Below are positions 1 through 9,522 of a DNA stretch of 59,292 bases, piece after piece. A program made the position numbers and the translations under genes. The first letter of the stretch is position 1; every line of letters begins with the position of its first letter. Origin of the DNA: a virus (Duplodnaviria; Caudoviricetes); IMG/VR virus record IMGVR_UViG_3300030708_002074, positions 1 through 59,292 of that record. The stretch is one strand, 5' to 3'. A model generated the notes under the pieces. That model saw only the letters and a program-made list of their open reading frames with translations. It was not told the origin of the DNA and made no database searches.

Positions 1-1926
1 TTCGCAGAAAACAACTCCACGGGGTTCCGTTTAGATTTTAGCAATAATAAGGCATATTTCTCTGGACTGAATATCGGCATTGGGACTTCGGCCCCCACAC
101 GTGAGCTACATCTTGACTCTGGTGACGCTCTCACCACTTTCAAGATCTCAAACTCTACGAGCGGAGCCACCATTACTGACGGCTTCGATATTGAACTTAG
201 CTCAACGACTGCTCGTCTAAATAACCGTGAGGGCAATATTGAACTTGCGGTCAGCAACTCAAATGTAGCCACGCTTTCAAGCGACGGACTTTCCCTTGGG
301 GACAACCTCTTTTTTAGATGCGGGGATAGCGCGGACTTAACTCTGTCACATGACGCTAGTAACTCTTACATCGCTAACGAAACAGGCGACCTCTACATTA
401 GAAACTCCGCCAACGACAAAGATATCATCTTCCAGACAGACGATGGCTCTGGTGGGATCACGGAATACTTCCGCGTAGACGGCGGAACCGAGGAGGTCTA
501 CTTCAGCCAGCCTGCAAGGTTTGCCGATTCTAAAGTGATAAGGATTGGGGATGGTTCCGACCTTCAGATCCAGCACAACGGGACTAATTCTATTTTTGAA
601 AATGTAACGGGTGACTTGATATTCACCAACTATGCCGACGACAAAGACATCATCTTCAAGTCCGATGACGGTAGTGGTGGCGTAGAGACTTACTTCTTCC
701 TAGACGGGTCCGCTAACGGAGGGTCCAACCCTTACACAATATTCCCAGACAACTCAATCCTTGCTATCGGGGACAGTAAGGATCTGTTAGTTTGGCATAA
801 CGCGACAAACAGTTACGTGCAAAACTTTGTGGGGGATTTGCACATCGAAAACTACGCCGACGACAAGGACATCCTTTTCCGGTGCGACGACGGTAGTGGT
901 GGCCTTGAGACCTACTTTTTCTTAGACGGATCCGCTTCTAGCGGGAATCCGTTGACACAATTTCCCGACCTGTCTCAATTAGCGTTTGGTGACTCGCAAG
1001 ACTTGCTTATAAGGCACGACGGGACCGATAGCATTATCCAGAACAATGGTGGTGATTTTATCATCACCCAGCACACGAACGATAAAGACTTAATATTCAA
1101 ATGTGACGACGGTAGTGGTGGGGTTGAGACTTACTTCTTTTTAGATGGGTCCGCTTCTAGCGGGAACCCTTACACGGTCTTTCCTGACAGCTCCCATTTA
1201 GCATTCGGAACAGGTCTGGATGCGGTTCTTCTGCATAATGGAACAAACACCTACTTCCAAAACTTTACAGGAGATCTTGAAATCTCCAACTACAAGGACG
1301 ACAAAGACATCATCTTCAAGTCAGACGATGGCAGCGGTGGGGTTGAGACTTACTTTTTCCTAGATGGGAGCACCGGATACACTCAATTCCCTGACAATAA
1401 ACGGTTGGCACTTGGGAGTAGCGATGACTTCCAGATCTACCACGACGCTCTTGATTCTAAGATAGAGAACAGCACGGGCCACATATATGTTACCAATTTC
1501 ACTGACGACAAGGACATCATCTTCCAGACGGATGACGGTAGCGGTGGGGTTACGCCCTACATAACCCTCGACGGTAGTGCGGAGGAGGTTGTCTTCTCTA
1601 AGCCGCTAACCGTTAGTGGGGAGATTAAAGGTGGGGTTAGCGTGTCAGAAAAAACTGCGGATTATACTCTGGTCGCCGCAGATAATGGAACATTTATCAG
1701 CGGGACTCACGCTAACTTTGATGACCTTTCAATTACGGGGGATCTCGGAGCAGGGTTTAATGTTACCGTAATGAACCCTAATGCCGATCTTGATATCACG
1801 GCTTCTAATAGCATGGTAATCAATGGCACAACCAACGGGACAGTTACACTTGCTCAAGGTTACCAGCCCGCCACGATCATCCGTATCGCAGCCAACACCT
1901 ACGCTGTATTTGGCAACCTGCTATGA
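1..1926 (+). CDS. Tail fibre, C-terminal part (continues from 57934 across the window join; ~1094 aa in total)
   Basis: Frame 1 is open from base 1 to TGA at 1924-1926. It contains the NIGIGTSAP fibre motif and six ~73-aa DKDIIFxxDDGSGG repeats. 57934-59292 is exactly 453 codons, so the frames join. Confidence 0.85.
   Translation, partial: FAENNSTGFRLDFSNNKAYFSGLNIGIGTSAPTRELHLDSGDALTTFKISNSTSGATITDGFDIELSSTTARLNNREGNIELAVSNSNVATLSSDGLSLGDNLFFRCGDSADLTLSHDASNSYIANETGDLYIRNSANDKDIIFQTDDGSGGITEYFRVDGGTEEVYFSQPARFADSKVIRIGDGSDLQIQHNGTNSIFENVTGDLIFTNYADDKDIIFKSDDGSGGVETYFFLDGSANGGSNPYTIFPDNSILAIGDSKDLLVWHNATNSYVQNFVGDLHIENYADDKDILFRCDDGSGGLETYFFLDGSASSGNPLTQFPDLSQLAFGDSQDLLIRHDGTDSIIQNNGGDFIITQHTNDKDLIFKCDDGSGGVETYFFLDGSASSGNPYTVFPDSSHLAFGTGLDAVLLHNGTNTYFQNFTGDLEISNYKDDKDIIFKSDDGSGGVETYFFLDGSTGYTQFPDNKRLALGSSDDFQIYHDALDSKIENSTGHIYVTNFTDDKDIIFQTDDGSGGVTPYITLDGSAEEVVFSKPLTVSGEIKGGVSVSEKTADYTLVAADNGTFISGTHANFDDLSITGDLGAGFNVTVMNPNADLDITASNSMVINGTTNGTVTLAQGYQPATIIRIAANTYAVFGNLL
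300..1600 (+). repeat. Six intragenic ~210-225 nt repeats in the tail fibre
   Basis: DKD(I/L)(I/L)F(K/Q/R)(S/C/T)DDGSGG starts at about 415, 640, 862, 1081, 1300 and 1507. Confidence 0.9.
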
Positions 1927-2891
1927 TAATCAGGCCATCACTCGGGGGGCTATCTCAAAAAAATGTCACCCCTCCTCTGGACATAAGCGGTATGCCCCAA
2001 GCGCGGCTTGCGTTTGGTTTAAGAAAACTACGCGCAGGCTACACCGGCTACGCGCTGAGAGCTAGGGACTCAAGTGGAAATGAAGTCGATGTTGGATTCA
2101 CTAACGGCAAAGAAGTAACTAACGAAAGCCTTACAAGCGGGGGCACAACTCTTAGAGCCTTCGCAGGAGGAGGTAATGTTACAGTTTCCAAGTGGTATAA
2201 CCAGAGCGGCAATAGCAGCACACAGGCAGGTGGGGGTTCTTGGACGGGGTTTGACACCGACCCAGATGCTGTTCAAAGCACATCTAGCAAACAGCCTGTT
2301 TTAGTTATATCTGGCACCAAAACGAAGCTCGCTTTAAAATTTGAGACCTCTGGAGGCTTCAGCACACATGGGGATTTTTTAATAGTAGATGATTACAGGC
2401 TACCAAACGCTAATACTGGTGACGCTTTTACCTTTGCGTGGGCAGGGGAGTTCCAGAACTTCGACAACCATATGGGGATGGTTGGCAATATAGATAATTT
2501 CAACGATGGAGTAGAGTTGATCTTTTTAGAACCTGATGGGTTTAGATTTTCTGTAGACTCCCACGACTTAGACACCAGCGGTTCCGTGTCCTCTGACCCA
2601 GAAGACAGGATTGTGGTTCTTGCATCATATGACCGCACCAGAGCGAGTGGTCAAGGTGGGGATGGTAATTCACAAATAATTAGAATCAACGGGACTCAAA
2701 GCACCAAGGACACGGACGAGGATAAACACATTGCCGCATCCGACAGGTTCAGGATTGGCATAAGGAAAGCAACTAATAGCCCCTTTGATGGAACTATTAG
2801 AGAGGTTATTGTTTGGGAAAGCCAACTTTCCGCCGCACTGCAAGTTTCTCTAGAAAGAAACATGGCAATCTATAACGAAGCTGATTTGTAA
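1923..2891 (+). CDS. Putative tail/receptor-binding protein with concanavalin A/LamG-like fold
   Basis: AFGLRKLRAGYTGYALRAR...VSKWYNQSGN N-terminus and FDGTIREVIVW C-terminus, typical of phage LamG-like proteins; follows the fibre gene. Confidence 0.6.
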   Translation: MIIRPSLGGLSQKNVTPPLDISGMPQARLAFGLRKLRAGYTGYALRARDSSGNEVDVGFTNGKEVTNESLTSGGTTLRAFAGGGNVTVSKWYNQSGNSSTQAGGGSWTGFDTDPDAVQSTSSKQPVLVISGTKTKLALKFETSGGFSTHGDFLIVDDYRLPNANTGDAFTFAWAGEFQNFDNHMGMVGNIDNFNDGVELIFLEPDGFRFSVDSHDLDTSGSVSSDPEDRIVVLASYDRTRASGQGGDGNSQIIRINGTQSTKDTDEDKHIAASDRFRIGIRKATNSPFDGTIREVIVWESQLSAALQVSLERNMAIYNEADL

Positions 2892-3178
2892 TGCGTTATT
2901 TAAAATTTGAAAGTTCTGGGGGTGCCGAACAGCGGAGCAGAGAGCTTTGGGTAAGCCATTTAGGGCGACCAAAGAAACCAGAAGATGCAACCGAGTTCAT
3001 GTATTCTTGGGAGGTCGCTGAAAGCGACGACGGAGGTTCCTATCTTATCATTCATGATGAGGGCACACTACTTACCAGCACCGAGACCGGCGAGCTAGAG
3101 AACGAAGACTCCTTTCAGCAGTGGCGGCAGACCCACCAGCCCGTTGAATACGCATTCGATTTAGAAGAAAATAGTTGA
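2891..3178 (+). CDS. Hypothetical protein (possible fibre-associated chaperone)
   Basis: 95-aa ORF coupled to the upstream gene by a TAATG overlap. Confidence 0.6.
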   Translation: MRYLKFESSGGAEQRSRELWVSHLGRPKKPEDATEFMYSWEVAESDDGGSYLIIHDEGTLLTSTETGELENEDSFQQWRQTHQPVEYAFDLEENS

Positions 3179-3203
3179 ACCCTGTTAATCAAACCTCTAC
3201 GGT
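3175..3203 (+). promoter_or_regulatory. Candidate sigma70-type promoter
   Basis: TTGAAC-17 nt-TACGGT, ending 9 nt before ATG 3213. Confidence 0.4.
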
Positions 3204-3212
3204 CGCCCGCGT

Positions 3213-3401
3213 ATGGCTAAAATCGAACTATCAGACGACGAACGTCGCGCTCTCGCCCAACTCATTGACATTGCGGTGAAAGCCGGTGGTATCAATGTAG
3301 CTGGGGCTGCGGCCCAACTATTTGCTAAGATCGCGGTTGCAGAACCCCAGCCTGAAGCGGTTGAGGATTCCGAAGAGCAAGAAACAGAATATGCGGAATG
3401 A
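3213..3401 (+). CDS. Hypothetical small protein
   Basis: 62-aa ORF with an ATGA overlap into the next gene. Confidence 0.7.
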   Translation: MAKIELSDDERRALAQLIDIAVKAGGINVAGAAAQLFAKIAVAEPQPEAVEDSEEQETEYAE

Positions 3402-4084
3402 GGTGCGTCTTCCTGACCCCGATAGATCATCGCGGGATTCAGGGCAAGTTGTTCCCTCAATGGCTGCGATTGCAGCAGTGGTGTGATGCGAACGACTCTG
3501 CGATCCTGTCGGTTGATGGGATGTTCCTTAATTTTGCCCGCAACCATCTTGCTTCTGGCGGCGGTGGCTTCGCGGAACCTACGCCACCGGAAGCGGATTG
3601 GTTATTCTGGATTGACTCGGATATCCAATTCACGATTAGGCAAGTAGAGGATCTTCTTAGCATTGATCCTGAAAAGAAGTTTGTCACAGGTTGGTATCGG
3701 GCTTCAAATAATGATTTCGCTATGGTTGGTGATTGGAACGAGGATTATTTCCGCAGACACCACCACATGCCCTTTCTGTCTGCTAAGGGGCTTACTAAAC
3801 TAGCGAAGGCAGACCCAGATAAGGTTCTGCCTGTAGATTGGTGTGGTTTTGGGTTCACCAAAGTCCACCGCTCTGTATATGAGCAGATGGAATACCCTTA
3901 TTTCACTCTTAATAGCTTTGATATTGAGGAGACCTCCTACCGACACAAGCATGGGGAGTTCAGCGCAAAAGACCTTGTTTTCGAGGATATCAGCTTTTGT
4001 CAAAACTGCTATAAGGCTACAGGCATACGCCCACAAGTAGTCCCACGGATCAAGGTTAACCACTTGAAATCCAGCCTCGTTTGA
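3398..4084 (+). CDS. Glycosyltransferase, GT-A fold (GT2-like)
   Basis: FARNHL, WLFWIDSDIQF (DxD), CGFGFTKVHRSVYE and EDISFC motifs. Confidence 0.75.
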   Translation: MRCVFLTPIDHRGIQGKLFPQWLRLQQWCDANDSAILSVDGMFLNFARNHLASGGGGFAEPTPPEADWLFWIDSDIQFTIRQVEDLLSIDPEKKFVTGWYRASNNDFAMVGDWNEDYFRRHHHMPFLSAKGLTKLAKADPDKVLPVDWCGFGFTKVHRSVYEQMEYPYFTLNSFDIEETSYRHKHGEFSAKDLVFEDISFCQNCYKATGIRPQVVPRIKVNHLKSSLV

Positions 4085-4091
4085 ATATAAT
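4064..4091 (+). promoter_or_regulatory. sigma70-type promoter
   Basis: TTGAAA-16 nt-TATAAT, 12 nt before ATG 4104. Confidence 0.6.
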
Positions 4092-4103
4092 TCGACTGAC
4101 TAA

Positions 4104-5495
4104 ATGCCTATACCAAGGAATCAGCCCAGCCCCCAAAGGCAATCAGTCCTTTCGTTTGCTACAGCAGACGTTGCTGACTTTTTGTTTTATGAGACTGTTG
4201 ACGCGCAAAGATTTGGTAAAGGGTCAGATGACCTTGAGGCAACCTTGCCTAAATACGGCACACCTCATCCCGACTCCAATAAGTTCCCGAATCACAAACT
4301 GTGCTACGTAAAACCAGCCGATCCAACTGGTCTGACGTATCAGTTCTTTTACGTGGCCGACAGGTCCGCACAGGAGAACAATCATAACTGGGAATACCGT
4401 CAGGCAGACTTAGGGGGTAACAAGTATGACACAGTAGTTAGGACTTATGTTACCCCTCGCGCTGACTTCAAAGATACGGACACGGGTCAGACCGCAGGAA
4501 CGGCGATGCCAAATAGCGAGGGTGGGACTACTGACAACATCCCTAATTGGAATAACGAGGATGTCACTGGCGATAACCAGTTTAATGCTGAAAATGTTTT
4601 AACTCATGATGGTTCATTCACAGGGGGTGTTGACGAAGCTGATGTAAGCACAGGGTATATTCTTTATACCCGCCAGCAAAAGAAGATTGGGGACAGGGAA
4701 CTGGATGGTTTGTTTGTTGTAGAGCAGCGCGTTTATTTCCGAAGAGTAGATATTGTTACTCAAAAGTTAGACCCTGCTACTGATGGGGTTCTTAAGTCTA
4801 TTGTTAAACTTATCTATAGGGGTGAGTCCTTTACGACTAATGGGAGTGCAAGAACTGCGGGGACACAGGGTTGGATGGACAAGACTAACTGGGGTCTAAG
4901 CAGTGACGGCCAAAACATCGAGTGCCGTCAGCTTAGTCACGACTGGTGGCAGATAAACATCCAAGACATTATCCCGCAGACGGCAGCTACTAATACCGAT
5001 TATGGTGGTCGAACGATAAGGACATACGACACCTATCAGACCTATAGGTGGCCTTCTGTTGTTGGCAGTTTATTCTTTAACACAGCTAACAAGAAAGACG
5101 GTTCTACTAGCAATACTGTCATCGTTCGTAATAAAGAAGGTAAGGATGGCTTCTCGGGTCCAACAAAGATGACCGTGACGCAGGTATGGAAGAAAGATAA
5201 GTTCGCAAGCCTCCCTGCTCCGGTCGTGTTCAAGACAGTGAGCGCGGTCTACAATGGTGTGCAGTTCAACGTCCGCGTCAGTAATGTTCTGACCGAGGCA
5301 ATCACACTGACTGACTTTATTGGTTCGGAAGATCCTGTCTACAGGCTGGGTGATTACGCAAACCCTAAACCTTGGTGCCCTGCATCTTCTCCTACTGATT
5401 GGCCAGCCGCCAATCCATTCATTGGATCTGTTTCTCAAAAACCATTTAGGGGTGGCTACTTGTTGGAAATTGTTCAAGTCCACCACCCAGATTAA
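4104..5495 (+). CDS. Putative virion (tail) structural protein
   Basis: 463-aa Thr/Gly-rich ORF in the structural block; no family recognised. Confidence 0.5.
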   Translation: MPIPRNQPSPQRQSVLSFATADVADFLFYETVDAQRFGKGSDDLEATLPKYGTPHPDSNKFPNHKLCYVKPADPTGLTYQFFYVADRSAQENNHNWEYRQADLGGNKYDTVVRTYVTPRADFKDTDTGQTAGTAMPNSEGGTTDNIPNWNNEDVTGDNQFNAENVLTHDGSFTGGVDEADVSTGYILYTRQQKKIGDRELDGLFVVEQRVYFRRVDIVTQKLDPATDGVLKSIVKLIYRGESFTTNGSARTAGTQGWMDKTNWGLSSDGQNIECRQLSHDWWQINIQDIIPQTAATNTDYGGRTIRTYDTYQTYRWPSVVGSLFFNTANKKDGSTSNTVIVRNKEGKDGFSGPTKMTVTQVWKKDKFASLPAPVVFKTVSAVYNGVQFNVRVSNVLTEAITLTDFIGSEDPVYRLGDYANPKPWCPASSPTDWPAANPFIGSVSQKPFRGGYLLEIVQVHHPD

Positions 5496-5497
5496 AC

Positions 5498-6268
5498 ATG
5501 GCTACCGAGCAGGAGATTGAAGATACCGATGCGGTTATCTCAGACAATGACACATCAACTGTGTTTCCTGACGGGACGGATAGAGGTGATATCGATGCTA
5601 GTGGCAACCCATACGACAACCCATACCTGCTCCACCGCCCACATGCGTTTGCCCTGATGCACGGTGACGGCGGTGCTAAAATTGCTTACGGTCAGTTGCT
5701 TTGGAGGATGGATACTCTCATAGTAGAGGGTTCCACTGCTGTGGGATCACCCCCTAATCAGTCGGGGGGCGATACTGAAGCAGTTGGGCAGGGATCTATT
5801 GAAGGTCTTAATGTGAAAGTTCCCACAATAGGTTCCGCTGGTGGGATATCTATGTCCCCAAATATTAACGACATTGATGAGAATGGAACGTCTACTGGAT
5901 TAAAATACCATCAGTTAGATTCATATGGGGATGTGTATCTTTACTGGACTACGGATCTTGATGCCGTAGATGCTGGCGGCACGCACGATCCGGCAAACCG
6001 TGTAGATGCTTGCTGGGTGCAAGTTGGAGCTACCCCCGCCGAGGAAGAGTTGGGTTCCGTAAACCCCGCACCTTCTGCGTTCGATAGAACATCCACTACG
6101 ACAGGCGGCTTTTGTCCCACTGAGAGTCAAAAAGTGGGGACTTATCGAGTGTTGTTGGGCACTGTAAACGAAGGTGAGCAAATTAAACAATATCATTCAT
6201 CTGATGTTTTCTGGTCTATTTTGCTTTTGAAACGCACAGGTGGGATAGCGTGTGATGCCAATGATTAG
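5498..6268 (+). CDS. Putative virion structural protein
   Basis: 256-aa acidic, Gly-rich ORF in the structural block. Confidence 0.45.
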   Translation: MATEQEIEDTDAVISDNDTSTVFPDGTDRGDIDASGNPYDNPYLLHRPHAFALMHGDGGAKIAYGQLLWRMDTLIVEGSTAVGSPPNQSGGDTEAVGQGSIEGLNVKVPTIGSAGGISMSPNINDIDENGTSTGLKYHQLDSYGDVYLYWTTDLDAVDAGGTHDPANRVDACWVQVGATPAEEELGSVNPAPSAFDRTSTTTGGFCPTESQKVGTYRVLLGTVNEGEQIKQYHSSDVFWSILLLKRTGGIACDAND

Positions 6269-6654
6269 TGAAGCCTCCTCATAGTTTGTTTATGGAGGAT
6301 TTACTTGCGTGTCCCGCTGGTTTGTTTTTGTTTTCTCCACACGACTTTATTAGTTTGTCTTCTTTTTTAAAAAGAGCGACTAATTGTGAAGCACGCCGAG
6401 TATTTAATCAGGGGATTCCTTTCTTGAGCCTACCTTATCTTCGATTGGAAAAAATATCTTCTGAATTTTACAGAGTATGTAAACATAACGGTCGGCACAG
6501 AGCTATGATTTTGCGCGATAACGACTACGAGATTATGCCTGTAAGGCTGCAAGTAAATGAGTCGCTAGATTTATCGTTGCGTATAAAAGCACAAGAAGAC
6601 GCTAAAGACCCTGATTATTCAATTCCTTTCCCTCCCCAATTCTTGACCCCTTAA
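6268..6654 (+). CDS. Hypothetical protein with ParB/Srx-like motif
   Basis: GTG start; VCKHNGRHRAM resembles the ParB-like (D/E)GxHR motif. Confidence 0.4.
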   Translation: MKPPHSLFMEDLLACPAGLFLFSPHDFISLSSFLKRATNCEARRVFNQGIPFLSLPYLRLEKISSEFYRVCKHNGRHRAMILRDNDYEIMPVRLQVNESLDLSLRIKAQEDAKDPDYSIPFPPQFLTP

Positions 6655-6671
6655 TTAGTTTGTGGTAATGT
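6643..6671 (+). promoter_or_regulatory. sigma70-type promoter, probably leaderless transcript
   Basis: TTGACC-17 nt-TAATGT with a TGn extension; ATG 6677 is only 5 nt downstream. Confidence 0.6.
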
Positions 6672-6676
6672 GGTTT

Positions 6677-7681
6677 ATGGCCACGTTCACTGTTGCTGGT
6701 GTCGATGATGCGTTACGGGAGCTTGCGGGGTCTCCAAATGCCACCCCCGCCGAGTTCATAAAAGAATTGAACTTGGCTATGCCCCGTCTCTACGACTTGG
6801 GAATGTGGCGTGATCTTCTTTTTGAGCATGTGATCACGACATCGACCAGCAGCTTTACTCTACCCAGTAATGCTGAATCTCTTATCAGCGCGATTGTTGA
6901 TTATGATTCTAGCACAGAAGATCATTCTTATCCTGAAGCCGTTCAGTCTCAGTTCCATGATTACCGAATCACTGGTCGTGATGATGACGGGGACACACTG
7001 ATTTCCTACGGCATCGTAGACGATGGGTATTCCCCGACTATTGAGCAGCCTATATCTGGGCGCACATATAAACTTAGAGCAGAAGCAGCTACTGGTATTG
7101 GGACAGCAGCCCTTCCATTATCAGGAACTGTCCATGTTAAGTATTCAGATGGCACTAATTTTTCCGATCCTGATGAACCAACTTCTGGTGCTGATGGTGG
7201 TAAGTTTGAGTTCGCCGGTTCACCCATAATTACATCAGATACAGACATAACTAGCATAAGCGAAATAAGAGTCGGTGAAACAAAACTATCACTACCCGTC
7301 AAAATCTTGTTTGAAGATACTGCGTCGGGTGCTCATTTAACCGCTGCTGACGAACTTCAACAAGCTAATGAAGTAACTCGTTATCGAAGGTATCGAATAT
7401 CAAACGACGATAATAAAACAATTTCTATTCGGTGTCTTCTTAAGAGAAAGTTCAAACCCTTTGTTTCGGATTCCGATGTTGTCTTTCTCTCTAGCTTACC
7501 AGCTATCAAGCACGCACTTCTTGGAAACATCGCAGAGGACAACGCAGATTTAGAGCGTGCCAATTACCATTGGGGCGTGTGCCAAAAACTTTTAGACCAA
7601 CAGCTCGACGCATCGAGAGGATCTGCCAAGCCTAAGTTACTTATTGTAGCTGACGGGCATAGAACACTAAACATGATGTAA
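6677..7681 (+). CDS. Putative head-tail adaptor / tail tubular protein
   Basis: Helical N-terminus (DDALRELAG...ELNLAMPRL...WRDL), beta-rich middle and helical C-terminus (AIKHALLG...LLDQQL), as in adaptor proteins. Start moved to ATG 6677 to fit the promoter. Confidence 0.5.
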   Translation: MATFTVAGVDDALRELAGSPNATPAEFIKELNLAMPRLYDLGMWRDLLFEHVITTSTSSFTLPSNAESLISAIVDYDSSTEDHSYPEAVQSQFHDYRITGRDDDGDTLISYGIVDDGYSPTIEQPISGRTYKLRAEAATGIGTAALPLSGTVHVKYSDGTNFSDPDEPTSGADGGKFEFAGSPIITSDTDITSISEIRVGETKLSLPVKILFEDTASGAHLTAADELQQANEVTRYRRYRISNDDNKTISIRCLLKRKFKPFVSDSDVVFLSSLPAIKHALLGNIAEDNADLERANYHWGVCQKLLDQQLDASRGSAKPKLLIVADGHRTLNMM

Positions 7682-7692
7682 CCCCTAATCTA

Positions 7693-7872
7693 ATGATCGA
7701 ATACATTACAGAAAACGCAGAACAACTCCTGCAAATCGCCGCCAGCGTTATCGCGGTGGCCTCTCTTGTCGCTACCATGACTCCCAACGAATCGGACAAC
7801 AAATGGGTGCAGCGCATCTCAGGAGTTATTTCGTGGCTGGCCCTTAATGTGGGCAAGGCCAAGAGTAAGTGA
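7693..7872 (+). CDS. Putative holin-like membrane protein (59 aa, not in ORF track)
   Basis: MIEYITENAEQLLQIAASVIAVASLVATMTPNESDNKWVQRISGVISWLALNVGKAKSK; hydrophobic helix and basic C-terminus at the head of the lysis cluster. Confidence 0.6.
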   Translation: MIEYITENAEQLLQIAASVIAVASLVATMTPNESDNKWVQRISGVISWLALNVGKAKSK

Positions 7873-8087
7873 AGACATTCTTTCAACTATTAACCGCAGC
7901 CCTCCACGCATATGTCGAGCACATCAAGTGGCAACGAGACAGGTATATCGACGGTTTGGAAGATCGCCTTGATGCATTGGCCGCTGATGGCGATCCCGCT
8001 AGCAAGTTGCGGATGGAACGAGTTGCCAAACGACTCAAGCGCGAACGCGAGCGCACTCTACGACCCTCCGACAGTAACTCTGATTGA
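7869..8087 (+). CDS. Putative inner-membrane spanin (Rz-like)
   Basis: Short hydrophobic N-terminus plus charged coiled coil; overlapped by a lipoprotein ORF in another frame. Confidence 0.5.
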   Translation: MKTFFQLLTAALHAYVEHIKWQRDRYIDGLEDRLDALAADGDPASKLRMERVAKRLKRERERTLRPSDSNSD

Positions 8088-8193
8088 AGGGCAGACCTAT
8101 CAGTTCAAAGAGGGCGTTCTTGTTGGGCGTAAAGACCATAAATTCCACAGCGACTACAGTTATCGTCGTGCAGTGATCATTGGGGAGAAGTAA
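7972..8193 (+). CDS. Putative outer-membrane spanin lipoprotein (Rz1-like)
   Basis: MHWPLMAIPLASC carries the lipobox LASC; overlaps the 3' half of 7869-8087. Start uncertain. Confidence 0.5.
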   Translation: MHWPLMAIPLASCGWNELPNDSSANASALYDPPTVTLIEGQTYQFKEGVLVGRKDHKFHSDYSYRRAVIIGEK

Positions 8194-8496
8194 ATGGACA
8201 CAAAGTTTCTAGTCTCCCTCGGCGTTGGCCTTGCTGTTCAAGCGGCGGGCATCGTCTGGTGGGCTAGTAAGCTCCAGAGCGAGGTGCAACACAACGACTT
8301 CCAGATCCAAATGATCGCTAAGGATGTTGAAAAGCACGCGATCTTTGTTCGTGATTGGCCTGCCGGAAAATGGGGAAGTGGGTCTTTGCCCGACGATGTG
8401 AGGCAGAACCTTAAAATCGGAGAGCTGGAGCAACAAGTAGACCAGATTATGGCCAAGCTTTACAACCGTGATCCTCTAAGCAACATAGGCGAATGA
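8194..8496 (+). CDS. Membrane-anchored coiled-coil protein (lysis cluster)
   Basis: N-terminal TM (FLVSLGVGLAVQAAGIVWW) followed by a coiled coil. Confidence 0.6.
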   Translation: MDTKFLVSLGVGLAVQAAGIVWWASKLQSEVQHNDFQIQMIAKDVEKHAIFVRDWPAGKWGSGSLPDDVRQNLKIGELEQQVDQIMAKLYNRDPLSNIGE

Positions 8497-8657
8497 TCAA
8501 CACCCGAATATTCGATTCCCTTATCGGAATGGCAGCACCCGTCATCGGACTGATCACAAGCATGCAGGAGCAATTTGAATACTGGCTGCGGGTTGGTTCT
8601 CTTGTTGTGGGTATTGCTGTGGGTCTAGCATCCCTTTACCGCATTCTTAAAAAATGA
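8493..8657 (+). CDS. Putative two-TM holin (54 aa, not in ORF track)
   Basis: MINTRIFDSLIGMAAPVIGLITSMQEQFEYWLRVGSLVVGIAVGLASLYRILKK; ATGA overlaps on both sides, directly before the endolysin. Confidence 0.6.
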   Translation: MINTRIFDSLIGMAAPVIGLITSMQEQFEYWLRVGSLVVGIAVGLASLYRILKK

Positions 8658-9205
8658 AGATTGGATTGGCAGTCGGGCATTCCCGTTTAGGAGACCAAGG
8701 AGCCTACACAACGGGCAGCTACATTCTTTCTGAGTGGGATTTCAACCGTGATATCGTGCGGCGTATTTCCAGCGTGCTGTCGGTTGATTATAAAATCTAC
8801 GACCAATACCCCGCCAAAAGCTATGTAGGTGGGATCAACTACTTAGCTCGTAAGCTGGTCGAAGACGACATCGATGCGGTGATTGAGCTGCATTTTAATT
8901 CCGCCGGTCCATCAGCCTCTGGGCACGAATGGCTTTACTGGCACACAAGCGAGGGTGGTAAGAAGTTCGCCAGTATCTTGAGCGATGAAATGTCCGCGTC
9001 CTTCCCTGACATGAAAGCCAGAGGGGCGAAGCCAAGGACACGTAATCAACGCGGCTCTTACCTGTTGCGGAAGGTGCGCCCTGTAGCTGTGATTGCTGAA
9101 CCATTTTTTGGGAGCAACGAGGAAGAGTGGGACAATATTAACCACAATCGCGGGGCCTTAGTTGGGGTCTACGCCCGTGCGATTGAAAAGTTTGCCGAAG
9201 GATGA
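8654..9205 (+). CDS. Endolysin, N-acetylmuramoyl-L-alanine amidase (Amidase_3)
   Basis: AVGH...SEWDFN...IELHFNS...SGHE...VIAEPFF zinc-amidase motifs. Confidence 0.9.
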   Translation: MKIGLAVGHSRLGDQGAYTTGSYILSEWDFNRDIVRRISSVLSVDYKIYDQYPAKSYVGGINYLARKLVEDDIDAVIELHFNSAGPSASGHEWLYWHTSEGGKKFASILSDEMSASFPDMKARGAKPRTRNQRGSYLLRKVRPVAVIAEPFFGSNEEEWDNINHNRGALVGVYARAIEKFAEG

Positions 9206-9522
9206 GCGTCCCCAAGAGCATAACAATGGGTGGGGTTCGGGTCCGAATCCGCTTCAGAGATCTAGGAGACGACGACTGCTATGGGATGTATTCCCACCGC
9301 CGCAAACTAATTGAGTTAGACAAAACCCTCAAAGGGAAAGATCTAATCGAGACGATTCGCCATGAGATGGTTCACGCGGCGTTAGGCATTTCCGGTCTCG
9401 CTTACTGCGAAACATACGAAGAGGAGGCCCTCGTTCGTTGTATTGACGAAATATTTTTCCCAGCGTGGGAGCGGTTTACGAAAAGATTCCAAGCTAATGC
9501 CAAAAAAGAAATCCAGAGTTAA
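9202..9522 (+). CDS. Small zincin-like metallopeptidase
   Basis: YGMY...IEL...TIRHEMVHA...EEALV (HExxH plus downstream Glu). Confidence 0.7.
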   Translation: MSVPKSITMGGVRVRIRFRDLGDDDCYGMYSHRRKLIELDKTLKGKDLIETIRHEMVHAALGISGLAYCETYEEEALVRCIDEIFFPAWERFTKRFQANAKKEIQS

